A DNA stretch of 64,000 nt from positions 4,783 through 68,782 of the forward strand of contig WRCA01000002.1 in the NCBI GenBank assembly GCA_009784275.1. Reading direction: 5' to 3'. Under the pieces are notes generated by a model, which searched no databases, had not been told where the DNA came from, and saw only the letters and a list, made by a program, of their open reading frames with translations. Of the stretch, positions 1 to 9,317 are shown piece by piece (position 1 is the first letter of the stretch; every line of letters begins with the position of its first letter). The translations under genes and the position numbers were made by a program. This DNA comes from Alphaproteobacteria bacterium (GTDB taxonomy: Bacteria > Pseudomonadota > Alphaproteobacteria > Rs-D84).

Positions 1-1190
1 TTTACGATCACCTGTTGCATCCAGGGCGTCCGCGCCAGCAGATGACGGCCGGTTTTATCCGGGCCTTCGACCAGGCAAGACATTGTTTTTCCAATACAGC
101 TTTCATTAAACTGGCGATTGTTTTCGGTCAGGATGTCATCCAGGATTTTTAAGCGTTGTTTTTTGACGCTTTCAGGAATCTGGTCTTTCATCAGCGCGGC
201 GGCCGTATGCGGACGGGGGCTGTATTTAAAGCTGTAGGAATTTATATATCCGATCTTTTGCGCGATATCGCAAGTCATTTCGAAATCGCTATCCGTTTCC
301 CCAGGAAAGCCGACGATAAAATCGCTGGAGATTTGAATGTCCGGTCGCACAGACCGCAGCTTATTAACAATATCTATATATAGATCCAGGTTATACGGGC
401 GATTCATTCTTGTCAATACATCAGGCGACCCGCTTTGTATAGGCATGTTTAAAAATGGCAAAAGTTTGGGCTCTGTTCCGAATAACGCAATCAAGTCATC
501 AGACATTTCAGTGGGATAGCTGGATGTGAATCTGATTCGTTTGATCGAATCAATTTTTGCCGTTTCCCGGATAAGATTTGCCAGTGAGTTTTTATATCCG
601 TTAACATTTTGCCCCAGAAAGCAAATCTCGATCGCACCATTGTCGGCGGCGTCAAGGACGTCGCGCATAACATCATCGAAGTCGCGTGATAATTCCCGGC
701 CGCGGGTGTATGGGACTATGCAATAAGTGCAGCAATGGTCACAGCCTTCTTGAATAGGAATATATGCAACCGCTGGCGATTCGGTACTGGGGGGCAGGGC
801 ATCGAATTTTTCAAGCCCGCTTAAGTCCACATTCAGCAAGCGTGCATCAGGGTTATCCAAAATTTCCGGCAACTTGTGATAGCTCTGCGGCCCCAGAACA
901 AAGTTTAATTCGGGAATCCGGCGGAAAGCATTTGCGCCTTCTTCGCGCGCGACACAGCCGACTATGCCGAACAAAGCATCAGGTTTTTTCCGATCGCGGA
1001 TACGCCCCAATTCCGAAAAGACTTTGTTGCTGGCTTTTTCGCGAACGGCGCAAGTATTAAGAATAATCAGGTCAGCCGTGGCAACGTTTTCGGTCTGTAT
1101 CAGGCCGCGCCCACACAGCATGGACACGATCCGTTGTCCGTCATAGACATTCATCTGACAACCAAAAGTTTTGATATAAAAGGTTGGCAT
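1..1190 (-). CDS. miaB: tRNA-i6A37 methylthiotransferase MiaB (radical SAM), N-terminal about 395 aa; C-terminus beyond window start
   Basis: Reverse-strand translation begins MPTFYIKTFGCQMNVYDG (MTTase N-domain), then IQEGCDHCCTYC radical-SAM Cys motif, then conserved MiaB blocks (FTSSYP, NMPIQSGS, FIVGFPGETD). Not in the ORF track because the stop lies outside the window. ATG at 1188-1190. Confidence 0.8.
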   Translation of the reverse strand, partial: MPTFYIKTFGCQMNVYDGQRIVSMLCGRGLIQTENVATADLIILNTCAVREKASNKVFSELGRIRDRKKPDALFGIVGCVAREEGANAFRRIPELNFVLGPQSYHKLPEILDNPDARLLNVDLSGLEKFDALPPSTESPAVAYIPIQEGCDHCCTYCIVPYTRGRELSRDFDDVMRDVLDAADNGAIEICFLGQNVNGYKNSLANLIRETAKIDSIKRIRFTSSYPTEMSDDLIALFGTEPKLLPFLNMPIQSGSPDVLTRMNRPYNLDLYIDIVNKLRSVRPDIQISSDFIVGFPGETDSDFEMTCDIAQKIGYINSYSFKYSPRPHTAAALMKDQIPESVKKQRLKILDDILTENNRQFNESCIGKTMSCLVEGPDKTGRHLLARTPWMQQVIV

Positions 1191-1544
1191 CTATCTGCGC
1201 CGCCCCAGTTTTTCGGCTACGAACTGGTTCAATCGCGTAACGCTGTAACTGGTATTTGCGATAGATTGTATATATCTCGAAAATCCTTCGGAAACCGCAT
1301 AAAGGCTAGAATTGGTATAAAATTTCTCGGAAAAGTCACCCCAGTGTTTTGCAAAGAACTTTTCTGGCTGATCCCTCAACAATTTAAAGTCTTCATAACT
1401 TAAATTTTGTTGGGAGTTATTACCCGAGATCCGGGAATACGGTTGTGTTTGATTGTTGCCTTTATTATTTTTCAAGGTTCCTTTTTTCTCTTGTCGTCTA
1501 ATTCTTTCCAAGGCTTTTCTTTTTTGATTTGTTGCCCTTGCCAT
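1191..1544 (-). CDS. hypothetical basic protein (117 aa), translationally coupled to miaB (TAGATG junction)
   Basis: ORF track; Lys/Arg-rich N-terminus; its stop codon abuts the miaB ATG. Confidence 0.4.
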   Translation of the reverse strand: MARATNQKRKALERIRRQEKKGTLKNNKGNNQTQPYSRISGNNSQQNLSYEDFKLLRDQPEKFFAKHWGDFSEKFYTNSSLYAVSEGFSRYIQSIANTSYSVTRLNQFVAEKLGRRR

Positions 1545-1587
1545 GTTTATTCCTTTTGGGTTGCTTCTCTCTCGCTTGTCCCTCTGG

Positions 1588-3066
1588 TTAAATTAGTTTT
1601 TCTTTCAAAATCTCATTCACCGCCGCAGGGTTGGCTTTGCCGCCAGTCGCTTTCATAACCGCGCCGACAAAGAATCCCAGCATGCCTGTCTTGCCGGACT
1701 TATATTCTGCGACCTGGGCGGCGTTTGCGGCCAAGACCTCTGCGACTGCTTTTTCAATCGCGCCGGTATCCGTGATTTGCTTCATGCCGAATCGGTCTGC
1801 GATTTCTTTCGGGTTGCCTTTTTCGCCATCTAACATCTTGATAAAGATGTCTTTTGCTTGTTTTCCATTAATCTCTGCCGCGGCAATCATGTCGACGAGT
1901 TCCGACAGGTCGGCCGGTTTCATTTCAAATTCTGGATGAGCAAACAGTTCGCTTATCATCCAATTTGCCACAGGCTTTGCGCGGGCAGGTTTGTCCCCAA
2001 CCGCGGATTCAAACCATTTGGAGACCTCGACCGATTCGGTAAGTCGCGCGGCATCATATGCATTCAGGCCCAATTCGCCCATATACCGCGCACGCTTTGC
2101 GGCCGGCAGTTCAGGCATTGTCTCTCGGATTTTTTCTATCTGATCGTCCGTAATAATTAATGGCAGTAAGTCCGGATCTGGGAAATAACGATAATCCAGC
2201 GCGTCTTCTTTCGACCGCATAACGCTGGTTGTGCCGCGATCTTGGTTAAAGCGCATCGTATCTTGGGAAACTTCGTCGCCCGATTCATAAATTTCGATTT
2301 GACGACGGGCTTCGAACTCAATTGCAGTTTTAATAAATTTAAAGCTGACCATGTTCTTGGTTTCAGTACGGGTGCGGAATCCTGTTTCGCCGACCTTACG
2401 AACCGATACATTCACATCGGCGCGCATAGAACCTTCTTCCATATTTGCATTGCTGACACCAGTTGCGCGAGCAATTTCACGAATTTGACGCAGATAGCGC
2501 TCCGCTTCGTCCGGGGAGGTTATATAGGAATTATTTTCAGGATTCTTTATATCCAGGAATGTCACGATTTCAAGTAAGCAGACACCGCTGCGGTTTAAGT
2601 CCACAAAAGTTTTATTTGGATGTTTGTCATGAAAACTTTTTCCTGCGTCTTGTTCCATATGCGCGCGTTCAATCAAGATTTTTTTCACGCTGCCGTTATC
2701 TGATTCGATTTCGAGCCATCCGCGACCGACAACTGGCGGTTCTTCTGCTGGCTGGGAAATCTGATAGCCTTGGGGCAGGTCGGGGTAAAAATACTGCTTG
2801 CGCGCAAAGATACTACGCTTGGAAATTTCTGCATTGATTGCCAAGCCAAACCGAATTGCTTGGTTTACGCATTCGCGATTAAGCGTGGGCAGCATTCCCG
2901 GCATCGCGGCATCAACAAATGAAACCTGGGTATTTGGCGCAACAGTCGGGTTATAGTCGGCAGACGCGCCGCTGAATAATTTCGAATGCGACAGAACTTC
3001 GATATGGGTTTCCAGCCCAATAACCAATTCCCAGTCACCTGTTTTGCCTTTGATTATGTATGTCAT
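1588..3066 (-). CDS. gatB: Asp-tRNA(Asn)/Glu-tRNA(Gln) amidotransferase subunit B
   Basis: 492 aa; N-terminal WELVIGLETHIEL-like block, YFYPDLPQGYQISQ, and a C-terminal GatB/YqeY-type domain. Confidence 0.93.
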   Translation of the reverse strand: MTYIIKGKTGDWELVIGLETHIEVLSHSKLFSGASADYNPTVAPNTQVSFVDAAMPGMLPTLNRECVNQAIRFGLAINAEISKRSIFARKQYFYPDLPQGYQISQPAEEPPVVGRGWLEIESDNGSVKKILIERAHMEQDAGKSFHDKHPNKTFVDLNRSGVCLLEIVTFLDIKNPENNSYITSPDEAERYLRQIREIARATGVSNANMEEGSMRADVNVSVRKVGETGFRTRTETKNMVSFKFIKTAIEFEARRQIEIYESGDEVSQDTMRFNQDRGTTSVMRSKEDALDYRYFPDPDLLPLIITDDQIEKIRETMPELPAAKRARYMGELGLNAYDAARLTESVEVSKWFESAVGDKPARAKPVANWMISELFAHPEFEMKPADLSELVDMIAAAEINGKQAKDIFIKMLDGEKGNPKEIADRFGMKQITDTGAIEKAVAEVLAANAAQVAEYKSGKTGMLGFFVGAVMKATGGKANPAAVNEILKEKLI

Positions 3067-3713
3067 TATTTCCCCGCCTTTATTTCTTTATATTTTTTCA
3101 CGATTTCCGGAATTATGCTTTCGTAAGGATAGTCGTGCCCGTTTACGCGACATTCAGCCTCTAGATATTTTATCCTGACGCCCGCCGCCGCATAGACTTT
3201 ATAGCAATCGGCATATTCTTTCGGCAAAATACAGTCGCCAATTCCCGCAACCCAGATTATAGGGGTGCCGGTGAATTTTATATCCCGCTGAATCAGGAAC
3301 GCTGGGTCTTGACCGCAAAGAGATATCACGCACTTAACAGGCTGATGCTGCAAGGCCATGCGCGCCGCTTGATCCGCGCCTTGGGAATGACCCGCGAAAA
3401 TAACATCGGACCAATCAAGATTCAGACGTTTTAATTCTTTTTTCGTTTCCTGGATTATATGCTGCGCGGATGCTGGCAGCTCTGCCAACGCTTTCTTTAT
3501 GGCTGCTGGCGTGGCTTTATAAACGCCGTTTTCAGCCACCGGGACATCATGCCACATAAATCCGCCGCGCGGCCGGCTGCCCGGATGTGGCGCGTCGATA
3601 TTCAACAAGTGCACGTCCAAGGCATTCACCAACTCCGTGCGAAATTTAGTATCACGATTATGGTCGTAACAAAATCCGGCAAGCCAAACAAGTAGCGGTT
3701 TTTTATAGGCCAT
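3066..3713 (-). CDS. alpha/beta-hydrolase, phospholipase/carboxylesterase-family esterase
   Basis: 215 aa; nucleophile elbow GHSQG (FAGHSQGADQAA) and a late His; stop overlaps the gatB start (TAATG). Confidence 0.75.
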   Translation of the reverse strand: MAYKKPLLVWLAGFCYDHNRDTKFRTELVNALDVHLLNIDAPHPGSRPRGGFMWHDVPVAENGVYKATPAAIKKALAELPASAQHIIQETKKELKRLNLDWSDVIFAGHSQGADQAARMALQHQPVKCVISLCGQDPAFLIQRDIKFTGTPIIWVAGIGDCILPKEYADCYKVYAAAGVRIKYLEAECRVNGHDYPYESIIPEIVKKYKEIKAGK

Positions 3714-3714
3714 T

Positions 3715-4296
3715 TTATTTTACCCCTCTTAAATTTTCGAAAAAGTTTTTATGCGTTGCGCCAAACCAAAGGGTTTCTTGTTTTTTGCTTTCCACGAAGG
3801 CCTGCGCAGCTTTTGCGGCCTTTTTCTGCTGAAACGGCCCAGGAAAGAAATCCGTCGATATTATCAATATCTGGAATCCGTTTAATTCTCGTAATAATCT
3901 GCACTGTTTCTTCGACACCGGGCTTTCTGCAAGCAAATCGTCGGAATGCTTATTCGCATATGCTGTTTTGATACCGGAACCTCCGATTAATATATGGAGG
4001 TCGTTCGGAAAGGCTTCATAAATTTTAAATGCTTTCAAAATTATATCTTGCCAGCCATATCCTTTAATTCCGTAATTATCTTTTTCTTTGAAGTAGTCTT
4101 TCTTACAGCCTATATGCACCGGCCGGAAATTTGCATGATCATCTTTGCTGGCCAAATGATTTAAATATTCATAAATCTTTTTTGCAAAAGCTTCATCCGC
4201 GCCACGGTCGTTCTGAACCCAAACAAGCTGTTGATCGCGGTCGCGCGCAAGTGTTGCTGCCTGTTTTAAGTCATAAAATTGTTCCAATATAAGCAT
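3715..4296 (-). CDS. hypothetical protein (193 aa), possible Rossmann-like nucleotide-binding fold (GGSG loop)
   Basis: ORF with gene-like codon usage, packed between the NUDIX and esterase genes (3-nt and 1-nt gaps); no recognisable family by eye. Confidence 0.55.
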   Translation of the reverse strand: MLILEQFYDLKQAATLARDRDQQLVWVQNDRGADEAFAKKIYEYLNHLASKDDHANFRPVHIGCKKDYFKEKDNYGIKGYGWQDIILKAFKIYEAFPNDLHILIGGSGIKTAYANKHSDDLLAESPVSKKQCRLLRELNGFQILIISTDFFPGPFQQKKAAKAAQAFVESKKQETLWFGATHKNFFENLRGVK

Positions 4297-4299
4297 GAT

Positions 4300-4923
4300 T
4301 TATTCTTTTGTCAGTCCCATTAATATTTGCTCTGCCTTTTGGCCGTATTTGTTATAGATGTCTTCGTCTCCGACGAGCGTGAAGTCTTGTCCGCCGACCG
4401 TGATGTTCTGTATCTCGCGACCATCGAATTCCAATGCTGGAATTGAACCAATAGGCTTACGGGCAAACGCGATAAATTCTTCCAGGTCTATTGCAACTAT
4501 GCTGTCCACTTCTCCGTCAGTGAATTTAAAGTCTGATAATTCCCCCGCATAAGACGCGTAATAGACATTCGCAAATACTCGATCAAGGAATGGCTTGCCA
4601 TCAGTTTTTGTAAAGTCACCAATCCATACAGTTTCATAAAGGTGTTTCGGATTATCTGCTTTAACACCGATTTCTTGTGCAATTTCACGGCGGAAAGCGT
4701 CTTCTAAACTTTCACCGGCGGAGACATGCCCGCTGGCAGTTGTATATAATTTACCTGGGTTGCTGTCCAATTTGCGGGATCGCCGCTGAAATAACAGCTT
4801 TCCGTTCCAGACCAGCCAACAATGAACAGTCTTATGCCACAGGCCCATCGCGTGCACTACATTTCTGTCCGCAGTGCCAATATGTCGACGGTTTGCGTCA
4901 TAAACATCCAGCATTTCTGTCAT
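4300..4923 (-). CDS. NUDIX hydrolase
   Basis: Nudix box GHVSAGESLEDAFRREIAQEIGV (GX5EX7REUXEEXGU). Confidence 0.85.
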   Translation of the reverse strand: MTEMLDVYDANRRHIGTADRNVVHAMGLWHKTVHCWLVWNGKLLFQRRSRKLDSNPGKLYTTASGHVSAGESLEDAFRREIAQEIGVKADNPKHLYETVWIGDFTKTDGKPFLDRVFANVYYASYAGELSDFKFTDGEVDSIVAIDLEEFIAFARKPIGSIPALEFDGREIQNITVGGQDFTLVGDEDIYNKYGQKAEQILMGLTKE

Positions 4924-5747
4924 GCAACGCTCCTTGTTTTATCCCAACCGTTGCATGCGATATCCACCATCTTACGGGCATGGAGTGTTGTGGCATCGTA
5001 TACTTTGATAGCCTTTGAATCTCGGAAATCGATAAAGCTGGGCAAGGTATACAGATATTGAAATTCTTTATTTTCATCTACCTTGCAATTTGGTGGGATC
5101 AGTTTTTTTACCTCTCCACAGCCATAAACGACCCCTTTGGCGCCAGCATGCATTAATCTGGAAACAATCCTGATAAACTCGTCCCTGGAGTTAGAATTTA
5201 TTTTTCCCAACTTTAATTCGGTTAATATGATTTTGTTCATAAGCTCTATATCTTCATCGCTGGGCACGATTACATTTACGCCCCAGGCTTTGAGCTTGTC
5301 CTTGAAAAAATCCCAAGTCATTATTTTTTTAGTAGCCAGCAAACCCACGGTTTTATTGTCGTCTTTTTTAGCGGTCTCTGCCGTGACCGTTGCGGCATTC
5401 AATACAGGAAGGCCAACTTTATATTCAACCTCGTCCGCATAGATATGCGGCAAGTTAGGGGTAAGGTTGATGAAATCTGCGCCCATGTCTTTCAACTGCT
5501 TTGCAGTATCGATTATTGTATTGCGCCATTGGTTGTCTTTAGAAAGCAAATCTGTTTGCAACCATTCGTTTACTCTGTTTTCAGGCAAATGCGCCAGTCT
5601 GTATCCCATGTTATGATTTTGGGAATATTTCGCGCTAAAGTACGTGCCAGCCAGATTCATGAACTCATCTGTTGATTTCGCAGACAACGCGCCTATGATT
5701 CCCGGGGTTAAGATTTGTGTTTCTAGAAGAGATCGCATTTTATTCAC
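4920..5747 (-). CDS. Asp/Glu/hydantoin racemase-family protein (aspartate-racemase-like)
   Basis: 275 aa; two-Cys architecture typical of the family (N-terminal ILTPGIIGALSAKST block; second catalytic-region YGCGEV); overlaps the gatA stop by 8 nt and the NUDIX start by 4 nt. Confidence 0.65.
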   Translation of the reverse strand: MNKMRSLLETQILTPGIIGALSAKSTDEFMNLAGTYFSAKYSQNHNMGYRLAHLPENRVNEWLQTDLLSKDNQWRNTIIDTAKQLKDMGADFINLTPNLPHIYADEVEYKVGLPVLNAATVTAETAKKDDNKTVGLLATKKIMTWDFFKDKLKAWGVNVIVPSDEDIELMNKIILTELKLGKINSNSRDEFIRIVSRLMHAGAKGVVYGCGEVKKLIPPNCKVDENKEFQYLYTLPSFIDFRDSKAIKVYDATTLHARKMVDIACNGWDKTRSVA

Positions 5748-7212
5748 CCATTATTGTTGTCGGCCTGTTGTCCAGGGCGGCAAAGGCTTCGATATGTTTC
5801 GCCAATTGTAGCACGCGCTTGTCATCAAATCTGCGGCCTACGGTTTGCAGTCCCAATGGCAAGCCATTCTCTGCGCGTCCTGCGGGAACACTGCATGCAG
5901 GCAATCCTGCTAGATTCATTGGAACAGCAAACAAATCCAAAGCATATGATTCCAGCGGAGTTAATTTATCTGATTGGGGGAATGCCGTACCCGCCGCCGC
6001 AGGGCAGACAATAAGATCGCATTTTTCAAATGCTGCGGAAAACGCATTGTCAATCATACGGCGAATGCGCGCGGCCTGCATAAAGTATACTTCGTACGAT
6101 TCGGATGACAGCACTGCAGTGCCAATAACCATTCGGCGCTGAACTTCTTCGCCAAATCCAGCCGCGCGGGTTTTCTTGTAAGTATCAATTAGGTCTTTAC
6201 CATCTACCCGCAAACCATATCGCATCCCATCATAACGGGCGAGGTTACTGCCGGCTTCTGCCGGCGCGATAATATAATATACTGCCAAAGCATCCAGGAT
6301 ATTTGGAATTGAAATTTCAATTATTTCCGCGCCGCCGGCTTTCAAATTTTCGATATGTTTTTCTTGTGTCGATTTCATATCAGCAGATATTTCGGCATTC
6401 TCGAATTCTTTCACGATTCCGATTTTAAGCCCGGTTAATGGAAGCGGCGTCAAGGTTTCAGTCAGCGAAGATGCGATTTCATCTGCTTGCGGTGCGCTGG
6501 TAGATTCCTTTGGATCGTGGCCGGCCATTGCGCTTAACATCAGCGCGGCGTCATCCACTGTACGCCCGACCGAACTGGGGGTATCGAGGCTGCTGGCAAA
6601 TGCGATACAACCAAACCGCGAACATATTCCATAGGTAGGCTTCATACAAACCAAGCCCGTGATAGACGCTGGAAATCGGCCGGAACCGCCGGAATCCGTG
6701 CTGGTCGCGACCAAGGCAAGTCCGCCCGCGACCGAAGACATTGTGCCGCTGGAACTTCCGCCTGGGGTTAAGCGACGCTCACGCTGATAAGGACTTATCG
6801 CCGGACCAAAATAACTTGTCGCGCCCGTCTGACCCATTGCAAATTCATCCAGATTAAGCTTGCCCAATAATACGCATCCTGCATCCGCCAGTTTTTGTGA
6901 AACTGTTGATTCATATTCTGGGATAAAATTTTCCAGCATGCGTGATGCGGCCGTAGTGCGGATTCCCTTGGTCGCAAACAAGTCTTTCATCCCAATCGGA
7001 ATTCCTTCTAGCGGACGCGCAGTGCCATTCGCATATCGCCGGTCGCTTTCCGCAGCGTCCGCCAATGCGCGCTCTGGTGTTACGGTGATATAGCAATTAA
7101 GCTCCTTTCCGAATTTTTCAATTCGGTCGAGATAAGCGCGGGTCAACTCTGTCGCGGTAATTTCTTTCGCGCGGAGTTTTTGCAGTGCTTGGGTAAGGGT
7201 AAGGTCAATCAT
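5740..7212 (-). CDS. gatA: Glu-tRNA(Gln)/Asp-tRNA(Asn) amidotransferase subunit A
   Basis: Amidase-signature GGSSSGT...; N-terminus MIDLTLTQALQKLRAKEITATEL typical of GatA. The ORF-track start at 7287 is probably an upstream in-frame extension. Confidence 0.93.
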   Translation of the reverse strand: MIDLTLTQALQKLRAKEITATELTRAYLDRIEKFGKELNCYITVTPERALADAAESDRRYANGTARPLEGIPIGMKDLFATKGIRTTAASRMLENFIPEYESTVSQKLADAGCVLLGKLNLDEFAMGQTGATSYFGPAISPYQRERRLTPGGSSSGTMSSVAGGLALVATSTDSGGSGRFPASITGLVCMKPTYGICSRFGCIAFASSLDTPSSVGRTVDDAALMLSAMAGHDPKESTSAPQADEIASSLTETLTPLPLTGLKIGIVKEFENAEISADMKSTQEKHIENLKAGGAEIIEISIPNILDALAVYYIIAPAEAGSNLARYDGMRYGLRVDGKDLIDTYKKTRAAGFGEEVQRRMVIGTAVLSSESYEVYFMQAARIRRMIDNAFSAAFEKCDLIVCPAAAGTAFPQSDKLTPLESYALDLFAVPMNLAGLPACSVPAGRAENGLPLGLQTVGRRFDDKRVLQLAKHIEAFAALDNRPTTIMGE

Positions 7213-7222
7213 GGCAAATCTT

Positions 7223-8047
7223 TTATTTCTTTTTCTTATTAGTATTGTTTGCCCGTAAGGCGTTGGTTTTAACTTTTTCAATATCAAATTTTTGTAACAG
7301 TATGTCGATTGGATTTCCTTTGAAAGCAGCCTCTTGCAAATTCATTGAAAGCATTATTGTGTCTATCATGTGATTTGGGAACGTTGCCAAAACTTTCTTT
7401 ATTTGTTCATCCGATTTGCCGGCTTTACGGGCTTCTTTAACAATACTGCTGATAGTTTCAATGACTTTTTTAGCAATTCTTTCACGTCCCCCGGCAAATG
7501 CGTTACGATACACTTCATCAAGCTTTTCATTATGAAGTTGCTGCCTTTTTGGCATCATGATTTCTTTGTGAAGAATATCCATAAAAATCATATATTTCTC
7601 ATGCACGCCAATGCGAGAGTTGAAAACCTTGCAATGAGGATTTTCAGGTGCCCAAAAAATAGATTTAATTGCTTTTTTAAATGATGTTTTCGGCATGTAA
7701 TTAGTAAACGCGTACTTCATAGCAATTAATATTGCATCGCGATGAGTGTCCAATGTTGAAAGATCCTGGCGCATCAAAATTTGTTTTACCGATTCTATAT
7801 CTCCGTTTTTAAGGAAGTCAGCAACTATTTCTTGGATAAATGGTTCAGAAGATAATTCTTTTACATGAGCCGGTGCGATGTTAATCTGCTTTATGGGCTT
7901 TGATCCTGGGATGATTGGTTTTGACCCCAAAGCTTTTCTCGCACGTTCTGCGATTTCATCGAACTGTTTCTCGTCAAATTGTGTAAGTTCGGATTTATCA
8001 ATCTTTGTAAGAGCGTCGGTATTCAAGGGCGTTACTGGAACTTTCAT
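7223..8047 (-). CDS. hypothetical protein (274 aa) with PGSKPI direct repeat and Lys-rich C-terminus
   Basis: ORF track; sits between gatC and gatA, 10 nt upstream of the gatA start; no recognisable motifs. Confidence 0.55.
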   Translation of the reverse strand: MKVPVTPLNTDALTKIDKSELTQFDEKQFDEIAERARKALGSKPIIPGSKPIKQINIAPAHVKELSSEPFIQEIVADFLKNGDIESVKQILMRQDLSTLDTHRDAILIAMKYAFTNYMPKTSFKKAIKSIFWAPENPHCKVFNSRIGVHEKYMIFMDILHKEIMMPKRQQLHNEKLDEVYRNAFAGGRERIAKKVIETISSIVKEARKAGKSDEQIKKVLATFPNHMIDTIMLSMNLQEAAFKGNPIDILLQKFDIEKVKTNALRANNTNKKKK

Positions 8048-8058
8048 TTTACATCCTT

Positions 8059-8508
8059 TTAACTTGCATCACGCAGTTTGTTCTGGGGCGATAAATCCCG
8101 CAGGGCGATTTTGAGTTTGCGTTTCGAACGCTCATGGTTTTCCATGACGGCGAATTTATATTTATCCGGGAATAAAATCGCGCCGATATTATATGCCATA
8201 ACCGGACATTTACACTCCCCAGCCAATAATTTATTAATACAGGCACTTAAAAAGAAATGGTTATTGTTAGATAGATCCATACCGCAATGAGATATTTTTA
8301 GGGAATTAAATGACGGGCTTAACTTCAAAAAATCTCCTTTGATGGAAATATCGAAATATCGCATGCAGCAGCGGGGCTTTAAAAAAGCAGGCATATTGTG
8401 CAGAATAGATGCTATTCTGACCAACCGATTAAATTGTTCATCCGTGGCAAAGTCCAATAAATAGTCGGTGTTCGAAATATCTTCAGTTTTTAAATATACT
8501 ATTTTCAT
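8059..8508 (-). CDS. hypothetical Cys-rich protein (about 150 aa; CC...HC...C...CxC pattern, possible metal-binding)
   Basis: ORF track 8059-8628 trimmed to the internal MKIVYL start, preceded by a purine-rich RBS 25 nt after the gatC stop. Confidence 0.45.
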   Translation of the reverse strand: MKIVYLKTEDISNTDYLLDFATDEQFNRLVRIASILHNMPAFLKPRCCMRYFDISIKGDFLKLSPSFNSLKISHCGMDLSNNNHFFLSACINKLLAGECKCPVMAYNIGAILFPDKYKFAVMENHERSKRKLKIALRDLSPQNKLRDAS

Positions 8509-8533
8509 TTTACGCTCTTTGAGGTTGCCTCTC

Positions 8534-8827
8534 TCACTCGTCAATGACTTTCGGCACGGCGAAATATCCACGGCTTTTGCCCGCGTCATCCGGGATGTTC
8601 GCCAGCACCGCATCACGCATATTCCCATCCGTTACCACATCTTCGCGCAGGGGCAGGGCATGTTCCACCGGCGTCAGCATCGGCCGAACACCCTTTGTAT
8701 CTATTTTTTGCAATTTATCAATCCAATCTATGATTGAATCAACTTTCATCTCTGCAAGTTTTTCATCCTCGATTTCTATCCTGATAAGATGGGCGAATTT
8801 TTGAAGCTGTGCTTTTGTGAATGACAT
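8534..8827 (-). CDS. gatC: Glu-tRNA(Gln) amidotransferase subunit C
   Basis: 97 aa; a C-terminal conserved GatC-like block (...VPKVIDE). Confidence 0.85.
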   Translation of the reverse strand: MSFTKAQLQKFAHLIRIEIEDEKLAEMKVDSIIDWIDKLQKIDTKGVRPMLTPVEHALPLREDVVTDGNMRDAVLANIPDDAGKSRGYFAVPKVIDE

Positions 8828-8876
8828 TGTTGCGTTCCATGTTTGCTATTTGCGGAATTATGGCTATAATCATACT

Positions 8877-9317
8877 ATGATATTGCCAGAATTCAAGGAT
8901 TTTGTAGCGTCTTTGCCGTCCCATGGGGGGCGCCTTTTGGGCATAGATTGGGGGTCAAAGCGGATGGGGCTGGCTGTATCCGACGACCTGCAGGATTTCG
9001 CATTCCCGCGCGCAAATATATTAAGCAAAGATGTTATGGAGCAGATTGTTGAAATCGTTGTTGCCGAAAAAATTGTTGGCATTATCCTGGGCTTGCCGAC
9101 GCACGAAGACGGAACCGATTCGGATACCACGCGGCAAGTGCGGAACTTCGCTGAAAAATTGGCGGTAACAGTGGCAACGCCAATAGGATTCATCGACGAA
9201 AAATTCACCAGCTGGGAAGCGAACGAAAGGAACCCCCGCGCAAAACTTCTTGATAAACATGCGGCTGCGATAATACTTCAAGATGCTATTTCCATGATTA
9301 AAAAGGTAAAGCGATGA
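8877..9317 (+). CDS. ruvX: Holliday-junction-resolvase-like RuvX/YqgF (pre-16S rRNA nuclease)
   Basis: LLGIDWGSKRMGLAVSD N-terminal RNase-H-like motif; start taken at MILPEF. Confidence 0.8.
   Translation: MILPEFKDFVASLPSHGGRLLGIDWGSKRMGLAVSDDLQDFAFPRANILSKDVMEQIVEIVVAEKIVGIILGLPTHEDGTDSDTTRQVRNFAEKLAVTVATPIGFIDEKFTSWEANERNPRAKLLDKHAAAIILQDAISMIKKVKR

Noticed and set aside
7213-7287. Upstream 25-codon extension of gatA
   Set aside because: It would overlap the preceding gene by 64 nt. A conserved GatA N-terminus begins at MIDLTL (7212).
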